Source: Anaeramoeba ignava BMAN
Taxonomy: Eukaryota > Protista > Anaeramoebae
NCBI GenBank assembly: GCA_028826165.1
Contig: JAPDFW010000092.1
Span: 1-64,000, forward strand
Reading direction: 5' to 3'
DNA: 64,000 bases
The translations under genes and the position numbers were made by a program. How positions within the stretch are numbered: position 1 is the stretch's first letter; each line of letters opens with the position of its first letter. Positions 49,264-61,231 of this stretch are shown here, one piece after another. The notes beneath the pieces were generated by a model. That model had not been told where the DNA came from, searched no databases, and worked only from the letters and a program-made list of their open reading frames with translations.

Positions 49264-52200
49264 TCAATTTTTTGGATCAATTCCTTTTGAAACAGTTATT
49301 GAATTAACTTTTTGTTCTAATGCTTTGTATCTTTCATCCAACTAAAAAAAAAAGAATTAATTTAATTAATTTTATTAATTTTATAATAATAATAATATTT
49401 ACATTTTGATAAAAATTTCTTTGTAAAGAAATATATTCTGAAATTATAGTCTTCATTTCAACCATTCTTTGATATCGATAATGTTCCAATTCAGCAAGAA
49501 TAACATTAGATTCAATATTCTTTTTTTCATCTGGAAGTTGTTTATCACGATTTTTGAATATTGAATCAAAAGAACTTGAATATCCAAGAAACTGTCCAAA
49601 TTTTGTAAGAGCTTTTTCTTCTTCTTCATACTTTTTTATTTTATTTATTTTATTAATTTTGATTTTAATTTTATAAATGAGTTTTGATTTTATAAATGAA
49701 TTTTAATTTTATAAATGAATTTTGATTTTAATTTTATAAATGAATTTTGATTTCTTACTTTCCCTTTAATTAATTGAACTGAAAAATCCCAAGTCTTATG
49801 CATTAAACTAAACAAATCAACAAAATCTTGATTATTTTTACTTTGATCCTCTGGTTTTCTCCAATCAAATCCTATTTTAGACATTTCACCAAGACTTTCA
49901 ATCAAAGGAAAACATGAAATTCCTGCTTCTTTCAGAGCAGAATTATATTTTTCCATATTTGACTGAATACTTTTGATATTTGATTCAAATTGATTGACAT
50001 GAGGTTTGAATAAATCAATATGTTTTTTGATTTCATCTTGTGATACTTCATGAGAAACTTGAACCTTTTCCAAAAATTCTTCTGCTTGTTTTTTACCATC
50101 TTTCTTTGAATCTTTATTCCAATCAATTTGCTGAGTTTTTTGGAGAAAATCAATAAAACATTTCGATGTTGATAAAACAGGATGTCTTGCGATTCTATTT
50201 AAAAAGTTTTGCAAATCAGGTTGATTTTTATTGACAAATTCTTCAATTGAGCGGAATATTTTTCTTTTTGGCGGAACTGGAGGAACTTGTAAATTCGGGA
50301 ATTGAAGTTGGATTTTCTTTGCAAGCTCAACAAAATCTGTATATTTTCTTGTTGTTTTGTGATTTCCTGGAGAACTATCGATATTGAAGTGATTGAAATT
50401 ATTTTTTTTCTTTGGCGGACCTTCTGCTCCAGTTACAACCGCTTTAATATCAGATTTGTATCTGCGAACCCAAAGAAATCTATCATCAATTGGGTACTTT
50501 TTAATTGCTGATTCTTTTTTTTCTGAATCTTCTTTTTGTAAATTTGTTTCATTTTTTGATTTTTCTTGATTTCCTTTATTTTTTTCATTTTTAGTCTCAT
50601 TATCTTTGATATTCATAGGAATATTAGAATTATTGCTTTTGTTTTTGCTTTTGTTTTTGTTTTTGTTTTTGTTTTTGGTTTTTTCTGGTTTTTTCTCATT
50701 TCTTTCTTTTTCTAATTTCGCCAAATTTAATAATTGTGGGGATGATTTAGATGGAAGAGGAGGTGGTGGTTTTTTAACTTCCAAAAGTTTCTGGATCTTT
50801 TCAGTTTGTTCTTGAGTTTTATCCTCGTTAACATTGTAATTTTGTTTTGGAATTTTTGGCAATTTTTTAGAAGGTGGTTTTAATTTTGGAATTATTGCAT
50901 CAGAAGATTGAGTCATATTAACTTGGTTATCACTTGGTGATTTGGGTATCACCATTGATTCCGTTTTTGGTGGTGGCGGTTTAGATGGTGGCGGTGGTGG
51001 TTTGTTCTTTTTCTTCTCCAAAAGTTTGATACTTTCGTTCAATATCTCTTGATTGTCAGTTTCAGAAATAATTGATGATGTTTTTGGTATTAATGGAAGT
51101 GGTTTTTGCCTTATTTCTTTGTTTTCAATACTTTGTGTTTCTTTTTTGATTGGTGGAAGTGGTTTTTTCGGTAATCTAGGCACTGGTGGTGGTGGCTTTT
51201 TCTTATTTTCAAAAATTTTCTGAAGTTCATCTTTTTCATTTCCATTTTCAATTTCATTTTCATTTTCATTTTCATTTTCATTTTCATTTTCATTTTCATT
51301 TTCATTTTCATTTTCATTTTCATTTTCATTTTCAATTTGATTTTCATTTTCAATTTTTGGAATAACTGGAGTTATTGGAATTTTTTTAGGTAAAGGAGGT
51401 GGATTATCTTCAATTTCATTTTCAATTTTTGGAATAATTGGAGTTATTGGAATTTTTTTAGGTAAAGGAGGTGGATTATCTTCAATTTCATTTTCATTTT
51501 GATTTTGATTTTGATTTTGATTTTCATTTTGATTTTGATTTTGATTTTCATTTTGATTTTCAATTTCATTTTGATTTTGATTTTGATTTTGATTTTGATT
51601 TTCAATTTCATTTTCAATTTGATTTTGATTTTCAATTTGATTTTCATTTTGATTTTCATTTTGATTTTTATCTTCAATTTGATTTTCATTTTCAATTTGA
51701 TTTTCATTTTTATCTTCAATTTCATTTTGATTTTGATTTTGATTTTCATTTTGATTTTGATTTTGATTTTCATTTTGATTTTCATTTTCATTTTCATTTT
51801 CATTTTCATTTTGATTTTGATTTTGATTTTGATTTTGATTTTCAATTTGATTTTCAGTTTCATTTTCATTTTCATTTTCATTTTTATCTTCAATTTCAAT
51901 TTCATTTTTGATTTCAGTTTCATTTTTGATTTCAGTTTCATTTTTATCTTCAATTTCAGTTTCATTTTGATTTTCATTTTGATTTTTATTTTCATTTTCA
52001 TTTTTGATTTGATTTTCATTTTGATTTCATTTTCATTTTCATTTTTTGGGATTATTGGAATTATTGGGATTTTTTTAGGTAATTGAGGTGTATTTTTTTG
52101 AATATTTGTTTCATTTTGATTTTCATTTTGAATTTTTGGAATTGATTGAGTTAATGGAATTTTTTCAGGTAATTGAGGTGATTTTTCTACAATTTGATTT

Positions 52201-53814
52201 GATTCTTCAATTTTATTATTTTCATTAACTTTTTTCTTAGGGATTCTTGGAGCAAATTTTTTTGGTAAAGGAGGAAGTTTCTTCATTTTTGGAGCAATAG
52301 GCGTTGAGTTATCATCTTTAGTATCATTATCTTGTTTTACAAACTGAGATAATTGCTTTGGTCCTAAACTCTTTGTTGTATTCAGTGCAGGTTTGTTTGT
52401 TGGTGATTTGCTCGGGCTTTTTCTCTCACCAAATCTTCCTTGTGGTTTTTGTGTTGGTGATATTCTTCTTGGTTCGTTTTCTCCTTTTTGTTTTATTGCT
52501 TGTTTTGCATTTAAAAATTGTGATTGTGTTTGCAGTTTTCCAGGTATTGGAAATCTTCCTCTTACTGGTAAATTTGAATTTGTTTTTGGAATTGGAAGAG
52601 GTTTTCTCTAATTTTAATTTTAATTTTAATTTTAATTTTAATTTTAATTTTATAAATTAATTTTAATTATGATTTTAATTTTAATTTTAATTTTAATTTT
52701 AATTTTAATTTTAATTTTAATTTTAATTTTAATTTTATAAATGAATTTTAATTTTAATTTTAATTTTAATTTTAATTTTAATTTTAATTTTAATTTTAAT
52801 TTTAATTTTAATTTTAATTTTAATTTTAATTTTAATTTTAATTTTAATTTTAATTTTAATTTTAATTTTAATTTTGATTATGATTTTAATTTTAATTTTA
52901 AAATGAATTTTAATTTTGATTTTTAATTTTAATTTTAATTTTAATTATGATTTTAATTTTAATTTTGATTTTTAATTTTAATTTTAATTTTATAAATTAA
53001 TTTTAATTTTAATTATGATTTTAATTTCAATTTTAATTTTAATTTCAATTTTAATTTTAATTTCAATTTTAATTTTAATTTTGATTTTAATTTTAATTTT
53101 AATTTTTAATTTAATTTTAATTTTAATTTTATAAATGAATTTTAATTTTAATTTTAATTTTATAAATGAATTTTAATTTTAATTATACATTTGGAGATCT
53201 TCCATTTTGTATTTGTCTATTCTGATTAACATTTTGATTTTGAGGAGGTTGAGGAAGAGGACTTCTTTTTTTGGGTTTTCCTCTTTGTGGAAATCTTGAT
53301 CTATTTGGTTGTAAGTTATTTGGTTTTGTATTTATTCCTTCTGTTTTGTTTTTTTGAGAATTTTCAACTGGTTTTTCAACTGATTTTTCAATTTTTTCAA
53401 CAAAACTATTTTATAATTTTAATTAGAAAGTTTTTTTTATATTTTTGAAAGTTTTTTTTTTTTTTTTTTTTGGAAAGTTTACTTATTTGGAAAAATGCCT
53501 TTTTTTGAAGGATCTTTTGTTAAAAAACCTCCCCACCAACCTTTTTAAGAAAGAATTAATTTTTTAATTAATTTTTTTATTTAATTTTTTAATTAATTTT
53601 TTAATTAATTTTTTAATTAATTTTTTAATTAATTTTTTAATTTTTTTAATTAATTTTTCATTTAATTTTTCATTTAATTTTTTTTAATTTTTGAATTACC
53701 ATCATCCATAAATGTAACTGTAATTTCATCATCTTTTTGGAAAGATAAATCTTCAGGATTTTGTGCTTCAAAATCAAAAATTGCTTTAACAAAAAATTCT
53801 GGAACTGATGACAT
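49264..53814 (-). CDS. SNX9/18/33-like sorting nexin (SH3 - Pro-rich/low complexity - PX - BAR), 6 exons with frameshifts in the EN/QN tract
   Basis: SH3 VKAIFDFEAQNPEDLSFQKDDEITV...D|GWWGG...KKGIFPN|NFVE; PX RKYTDFVELAKKIQLQFPNLQVPPVPPKR...LQNFLNRIARHPVLS; BAR tail LAELEHYRYQRMVEMKTIISEYISLQRNFYQNL. Confidence 0.85.
52610..53185. repeat. (AATTTT)n hexamer array in sorting nexin intron
   Basis: Directly visible; the same hexamer fills RPL27A intron 3 (~18905-19375) and GPCR intron 3. Confidence 0.9.
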
Positions 53815-54024
53815 GAAAATTTTTTGAAAAAGAAAGAAAATTAAAAGAAAGAAAAATAAAAGAAAGAAAAATGAAAAAAATTTAATTTTTAATTTTTAAT
53901 TTTTTTTTGGAATTTAAAAGAAGAAAGAAAGAAAGAAAGAAAACAAACAATTAGAAAAAAAGCGAAAAATATTTTTTTTCCATTTTTTTTCTTATTCAAA
54001 ATGGGAAATTAAAAAATTAAAAAA

Positions 54025-57000
54025 TTAAAATTTGAAAAGTTCATCTGTAGAATCTGAATCTGAATCTGAATCAAATAATTTTCCTGGTGTTATTTTTGTT
54101 TTTGATAATGAAGAAAAAATATCATTTGGATTTTTTGGATTAAGTGTATCATTTTTGTTTTGTTGAAAAATACTATTAGAATCAAAAGTAAAAAGTTGTG
54201 AATTTTGATCACCAAAAAAATTTTGAGATTGATTTGATTTTTGATTTAATTTTGTTTGGTTTTGAGTTTGATTTATTTGTTTTTGATTTTGATTTGATGA
54301 TTTTGGTTTTGGAAATTGATTTTGATTTGATAATTTTGGTTGATTTTGATTTGATGATTTTGTTTGATTTTGATTTGGTGATTTTGGTTTTGGAAATTGA
54401 TTTTGATTTGATAATTTTGGTTGATTTTGATTTGATGATTTTGGTTTTGGAAATTGATTTTGGTTTGGTGATTTTGTTTGATTTTGATTTGATAATTTTG
54501 TTTGATTTTGATTTGGTGATTTTGGTTTTGGAAATTGATTTTGATTTGATAATTTTGGTTGATTTTGATTTGGTGATTTTGGTTTTGGAAATTGATTTTG
54601 ATTTGATGATTTTGGTTGATTTTGATTTGGTGATTTTGGTTTTGGAAATTGATTTTGATTTGGTGATTTTGGTTTTGGAAATTGATTTTGATTTGGTGAT
54701 TTTGGTTTTGGAAATTGATTTTGATTTGATGATTTTGGTTGATTTTGATTTGGTGATTTTGTTTGATTTTGATTTGGTGATTTTGGTTTTGGAAATTGAT
54801 TTTGATTTAATGATTTTGGTTTTGGAAATTGATTTGATGATTTTGTTTGATTTTGATTTAATGATTTTGGTTTTGGAAATTGATTTTGATTTGGTGATTT
54901 TGGTTTTGGAAATTGATTTTGATTTGATGATTTTGATTGATTTTGATTTGATAATTTTGTTTGATTTTGATTTGGTGATTTTGGTTTTGGAAATTGATTT
55001 TGATTTGATGATTTTGTTTGATTTTGATTTGATAATTTTGGTTTTGGAAATTGATTTTGATTTGGTGATTTTGGTTTTGGAAATTGATTTTGTGATTTTG
55101 AGTGAATATTGTTTGGCTCTTGAATAAATTGAGATTCAAGTGGTGATTTTACTTTGATTTTTCCTTGTGCTTTTTCTTTTTCTTTTTCATTTGTAATTTC
55201 TTTTGGAATTTCTTTTGGAATCTCTTTTATAATTTGTTTTGGAATCTCTTTTATAATTTGTTTTGGAATCTCTTTTGTAATTTCTTTTGGAATTTCTTTT
55301 GTAATTTGTTTATTTGGAATTGTTTGTTTAATTTTATTTTTTATTTCTTCATAAAATATTTGATAATTTGAACTATTAAATTTAAATGATTTTGCAAATC
55401 CCATAATTGAATTTAAATCATCAACAATTAATTGTCCAAACATTAATGCACTTGATGCATCTAATTTTCCTTTTAATATTGATAATATTATTTCTTTATC
55501 ACATTGAATTGTACAGTTTGGTTTCCCAATTAATCCTCTTTTAATTTTAGCTTCTTTTGTATTTATAAATATTGTTAAATCAAGTATTAAATTTCCAGTT
55601 ACTTTGAAATGAAATATTGCTTCTTCATCACTTCCAATAAATGATTTAGGAACAAATAATAATGCAATTTGTACTTCTTCTTCAAGATCTTCAAATTCAT
55701 TTATTATTTCTTTTTCTTTTTCTTTTGGAATTATTTGTTTAATTTTATTTTTTATTTCTTCATAAAATATTTGATAATTTGAACTATTAAATTTAAATGA
55801 TTTTGCAAATCCCATAATTGAATTTAAATCATCAACAATTAATTGTCCAAACATTAATGCACTTGATGCATCTAATTTTCCTTTTAATATTGATAATATT
55901 ATTTCTTTATCACATTGAATTGTACAATTTGGTTTTCCAATTAATCCTCTTTTGATTTTAGCTTCTTTTGTATTTATAAATATTGTTAAATCAAGAATTA
56001 AATTTCCAGTTACTTTGAAATGAAATATTGCTTCTTCATCACTTCCAATAAATGATTTAGGAACAAATAATAATGCAATTTGTACTTCTTCTTCAAGATC
56101 TTCAAATTCATTTATAATTTCTTTTTCTTTTTCTTTTGGAATTTGTTTTGTAATTTCTTTTTCTTTTTCTTTTGGAATTTCTTTTGGAATTTCTTTTGGA
56201 ATTTCTTTTGGAATTTCATTTGTAATTTCTTTTGGAATTTGTTTATTTGGAATTGTTTGTTTAATTTTATTTTTCATTTCTTCATAAAATATTTGATAAT
56301 TTGAACTATTAAATTTAAATGATTTGGCAAATCCCATAATTGAATTTAAATCATCAACAATTAATTGTCCAAACATTAATGCACTTGATGCATCTAATTT
56401 TCCTTTTAATATTGATAATATTATTTCTTTATCACATTGGATTGTACAATTTGGTTTTCCAATTAATCCTCTTTTGATTTTAGCTTCTTTTGTGTTTATA
56501 AATATTGTTAAATTAAGAATAAGATTTCCAGTTACTTTGAAATGAAATATTGCTTCTTCATCACTTCCAATAAATGATTTAGGAACAAATAATAATGCAA
56601 TTTGTACTTCTTCCTCAAGATCTTCAAATTCATTTATAATTTCTTTTTCTTTTTCTTTTTCTTTTTCTTTTGGAATTTCTTTTTCTTTTTCTTTTTATTT
56701 GAATTAAATTGGTTAAATTCTATTTTTTCATTTTGTATTTCGAATTCTTTTCCAAATAAATTTTCTTTCTGAATATATTTAATATTTTTTTTCTCATCCT
56801 TATTTTTATATTGATTTGTTTGTTGATGTTGATGTTTATGCTTATGCTTGTGTTTATGTTTGTGTTTATGTTTATTTTCGGTTTCCTCATTTTTTATATC
56901 GTTTTGGTTTTTGATAGGATGATTTAAATTATCTATCGTTTTTTTATGAGAACGACTTTTATGATTTGAATACGAATCAGTTCGATTTTTTGGAGAATTA

Positions 57001-60000
57001 AATTCAGGAGAATCATACTTTTCAGATCTTGATAAAGGAGGACTACTTGACAGATCAGAATCACTTGTTTTATTTTTTGAATGGGATTTATTTTTTTTCT
57101 TGATCTTATCATAAGCAGATAAAACCTTTGCAGCACCAGAAGTGAAAAATTTTTTAGTTTTCTGACCAAAAGTAACTTTAGATTTGATTGAATCAAGAGC
57201 TCTTTGAGTATCTCCACCACTTCTTTTAGCCAAAACAAAAGCTGCGAATTTTTGTCGATCAAAAACAAAAGCTTTTGAGAATTTTAATAAGTTTTGAAGA
57301 TTATCAACTTGGATTTCTTTGTTCATAAAGGATTTTGCTGTTTGTAAAGTCCCATCAATTAATTTTAAGAATGTTTTTTTTGCTAAAGAAATTGTACACA
57401 ATGCTGATTCTTTTGATGAAGTCCATCCGTCTTCAAGTAATGAGAAAGATTTCTTTTCAACTTGATGTGTAACTTGATTTACAACTTCTCCAAATACTTT
57501 GATTGTTTTATGAATTGGCTCTTCAGATTCATTAAAAATTTCAAATAGAATAATTCCATCCCAATTTGTTCCTTGGAAGGCATGCGGTAAAAAATCCCAA
57601 CCTTCTTGTATTCTTTCTTCTTCACTTGGTATATAATATCCCGACTTTTCTTTGAGGAATTGTCCAAATAATTCTTTTTCTAATCTAAAAGATTTATGAA
57701 ATTTTTGGAAAAAACCTTTTTCTGTTTCTGAAATTTGATAAATAGATTGATCATTCATTTGATTTTCGTCTATTCTACCTGTTAAATACAGATAAATATC
57801 TTTTTTTGTGGCTCGAAATGTAAATAGTAAGTTTCTTTCGTTGATTGATTTTGATTCCTCTTCAAATGTTAATTCAAATGGTGTCATGTTTATAATAATA
57901 GATGATAGTTTTTCATCTGATATAATAAACCTAACTTTTCCATACCAATTGCTTCCTTTCCAAGACCATAAAAGAAATTCAAACGCTTCAGATAATACAC
58001 TTAATGAAATTTCTTCAGGAATATTATCTTTTTGCTCTTCTTGATTTGTATTTGTATTTGTAGCCTCTTTTGGAATTTCTTTTGGAATTTCTTTTTCTTT
58101 TTCTTTTGGAATTTCTTTTGGAATCTCTTTTGGAATTTCTTTTGTAATTTGTTTTGGAATTTCTTTTGTAATTTGTTTATTTGGAATTGTTTGTTTAATT
58201 TTATTTTTTATTTCTTCATAAAATATTTGATAATTTGAACTATTAAATTTAAATGATTTTGCAAATCCCATAATTGAATTTAAATCATCAACAATTAATT
58301 GTCCAAACATTAATGCACTTGATGCATCTAATTTTCCTTTTAATATTGATAATATTATTTCTTTATCACATTGAATTGTACAATTTGGTTTTCCAATTAA
58401 TCCTCTTTTGATTTTAGCTTCTTTTGTATTTATAAATATTGTTAAATCAAGTATTAAATTTCCAGTTACTTTAAAATGAAATATTGCTTCTTCATCACTT
58501 CCAATAAATGATTTAGGAACAAATAATAATGCTATTTGTACTTCTTCTTCAAGATCTTCAAATTCATTTATAATTTCTTTTTCTTTTTCTTTTTTAATTT
58601 CTTTTGTAATTTCTTTTGGAATTTCTTTTGGAATTATTTGTTTAATTTTATTTTTTATTTCTTCATAAAATATTTGATAATTTGAACTATTAAATTTAAA
58701 TGATTTTGCAAATCCCATAACTGAATTTAAATCATCAACAATTAATTGTCCAAACATTAATGCACTTGATGCATCTAATTTTCCTTTTAATATTGATAAT
58801 ATTATTTCTTTATCACATTGAATTGTACAGTTTGGTTTTCCAATTAATCCTCTTTTGATTTTAGCTTCTTTTGTATTTATAAATATTGTTAAATCAAGTA
58901 TTAAATTTCCAGTTACTTTGAAATGAAATATTGCTTCTTCATCACTTCCAATAAATGATTTAGGAACAAATAATAATGCAATTTGTACTTCTTCTTCAAG
59001 ATCTTCAAATTCATTTATTATTTCTTTTTCTTTTTCTTTTGGAATTATTTGTTTAATTTTATTTTTCATTTCTTCATAAAATATTTGATAATTTGAACTA
59101 TTAAATTTAAATGATTTTGCAAATCCCATAATTGAATTTAAATCATCAACAATTAATTGTCCAAACATTAATGCACTTGATGCATCTAATTTTCCTTTTA
59201 ATATTGATAATATTATTTCTTTATCACATTGAATTGTACAGTTTGGTTTTCCAATTAATCCTCTTTTGATTTTAGCTTCTTTTGTATTTATAAATATTGT
59301 TAAATCAAGAATTAAATTTCCAGTTACTTTGAAATGAAATATTGCTTCTTCATCACTTCCAATAAATGATTTAGGAACAAATAATAATGCAATTTGTACT
59401 TCTTCTTCAAGATCTTCAAATTCATTTATTATTTCTTTTTCTTTTTCTTTTGGAATTGTTTGTTTAATTTTATTTTTCATTTCTTCATAAAATATTTGAT
59501 AATTTGAACTATTAAATTTAAATGATTTTGCAAATCCCATAATTGAATTTAAATCATCAACAATTAATTGTCCAAACATTAATGCACTTGATGCATCTAA
59601 TTTTCCTTTTAATATTGATAATATTATTTCTTTATCACATTGAATTGTACAGTTTGGTTTTCCAATTAATCCTCTTTTAATTTTAGCTTCTTTTGTATTT
59701 ATAAATATTGTTAAATCAAGTATTAAATTTCCAGTTACTTTGAAATGAAATATTGCTTCTTCATCACTTCCAATAAATGATTTAGGAACAAATAATAATG
59801 CTATTTGTACTTCTTCTTCAAGATCTTCAAATTCATTTATTATTTCTTTTTCTTTTTCTTTTGGAATTTCTTTTGGAATTTCTTTTGGAATTTCTTTTAT
59901 AATTTGTTTTGTAATTTCTTTTGGAATTTCTTTTTCTTTTTCTTTTTTAATTTCTTTTGGAATTTCTTTTTGATCTAATTGATCAATTTGCTGAAATGGA

Positions 60001-61075
60001 TTAAATCCAATTTTTTCATTTTGTTTTTGAGATTCTTTTTCAAATAAATTTTCTTGATAAATCAATTTAGCATTTTGCCTTTGATTATCTTTATTTTCAT
60101 TTTGATTATTATCTTTATTTTCTTGTTTATTTTCTTGTTTATTTTCTTGTTTATGTTTATGCTTATGCTTATGCTTATGCTTATGCTTATGTTCATGTTT
60201 ATTATCATTTAAATTTTGATTTTGATTTAAATTTTGATTTTGATTTAAATTTTGATTTTGATTTAAATTTTGATTTTGATTTAAATTTTGATTTTGATTT
60301 AAATTTTGAATTTGATTTAAATTTTGATTTTGATTTTGATTTTGATTTTGATTTTGATTTTGATTTTGATTTAAATTTTGATTTTGATTTTCTAAATTTT
60401 TTGGATCCCATCCTTCAGGTTGTTTTTGAGGATAAATTTCATAAGCAGTAATTCTTTCTTGTGGAGAAATTTGACTAAATAAAAATAAAAATAAATATAT
60501 AAATATAAATATATAAATATAAATATAAATATAAATATAAATACATATTATCAAGTATTTCAAGTTCAGGTAAACTTGCAATAACATAATAACGATATTC
60601 TCTTCTTTTACAAACAGGACAACCCCTTAAATCAAGAACTTTTATCTTTTTTGCAGCAAAAAGTCCTTCTATATTTCGAATATGCATAAATTGATTATTT
60701 CTAAAGAAAAAAGAAAAAAGAAAAAAGAAAATATTTTGTTTTTTAAATAATAATTAAAATAATAAAGCAAAAAAATTTTTTGTTTTTTTTTAATTTAAAT
60801 TGATTTTTTAATTACCGAAGATCTACAAACTCTAACATTGGTACATTTACAAAACTCCCACAATCATTTGCTTGTATTTTTGGAAGGATAATCTTTTTTA
60901 ATGTCTCGAGGTTGACTTTCTATATTTATAATTTAGATTTTTTTTTATTGTTTTTATTTTATTTTAAAAAAAATTTAAAATAAAAATTTAATAAAAATAA
61001 AATTTAATTTAAAAATTTAATTTAAGTTTTTACTCTTCCAAGTTTTGCTGATAAAGTTTGAATAGTTAGTTTCAT
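54025..61075 (-). CDS. LRR/LRRcap + 9x SCP2 sterol-carrier-like domains + NQNQFPKPKSP repeats; 4 exons, frameshift near 56700
   Basis: Spliced N-terminus MKLTIQTLSAKLGR|KVNLETLKKIILP...LEFVDLR|NNQF...IKVLDLRGCPVCKRREYRYYVIASLPELEILDNI|QISPQER (LRRcap). Repeated domain ...GKPNCTIQCDKEIILSILKGKLDASSALMFGQLIVDDLNSIMGF matches the SCP2 signature (P.CT.......F..I..GKL....A.M.G.L.V...L..M). Confidence 0.85.
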
Positions 61076-61231
61076 TTAAAGTAATATAAAAAAACAGATC
61101 AAAAAGTGATTAAAAAAAATAAAAAAATTAAAATTAAATTTTTTTTTTTCATTTTTTTTTTTTTCATTTTTTTAATTTCAAATTCAAATAATAAATTTAT
61201 TTTAATAAAGAAAGAGGAATAAAAATAAAAA

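Noticed and set aside
16890-56710. Frameshifts in TBC1D23 (~16900-17600), EDC4-like (e.g. A-run at 21228-21235), the giant gene (~37930), SNX (~51200-52020) and LRR-SCP2 (~56700) as pseudogenisation or programmed frameshifting
   Set aside because: They fall in homopolymer or low-complexity tracts, and the two checked in detail are fixed by adding one A (GGAAAATC at ~37930 vs GGAAAAATC in the duplicated block at ~38985). This is typical of long-read consensus error, and the flanking domains are intact.
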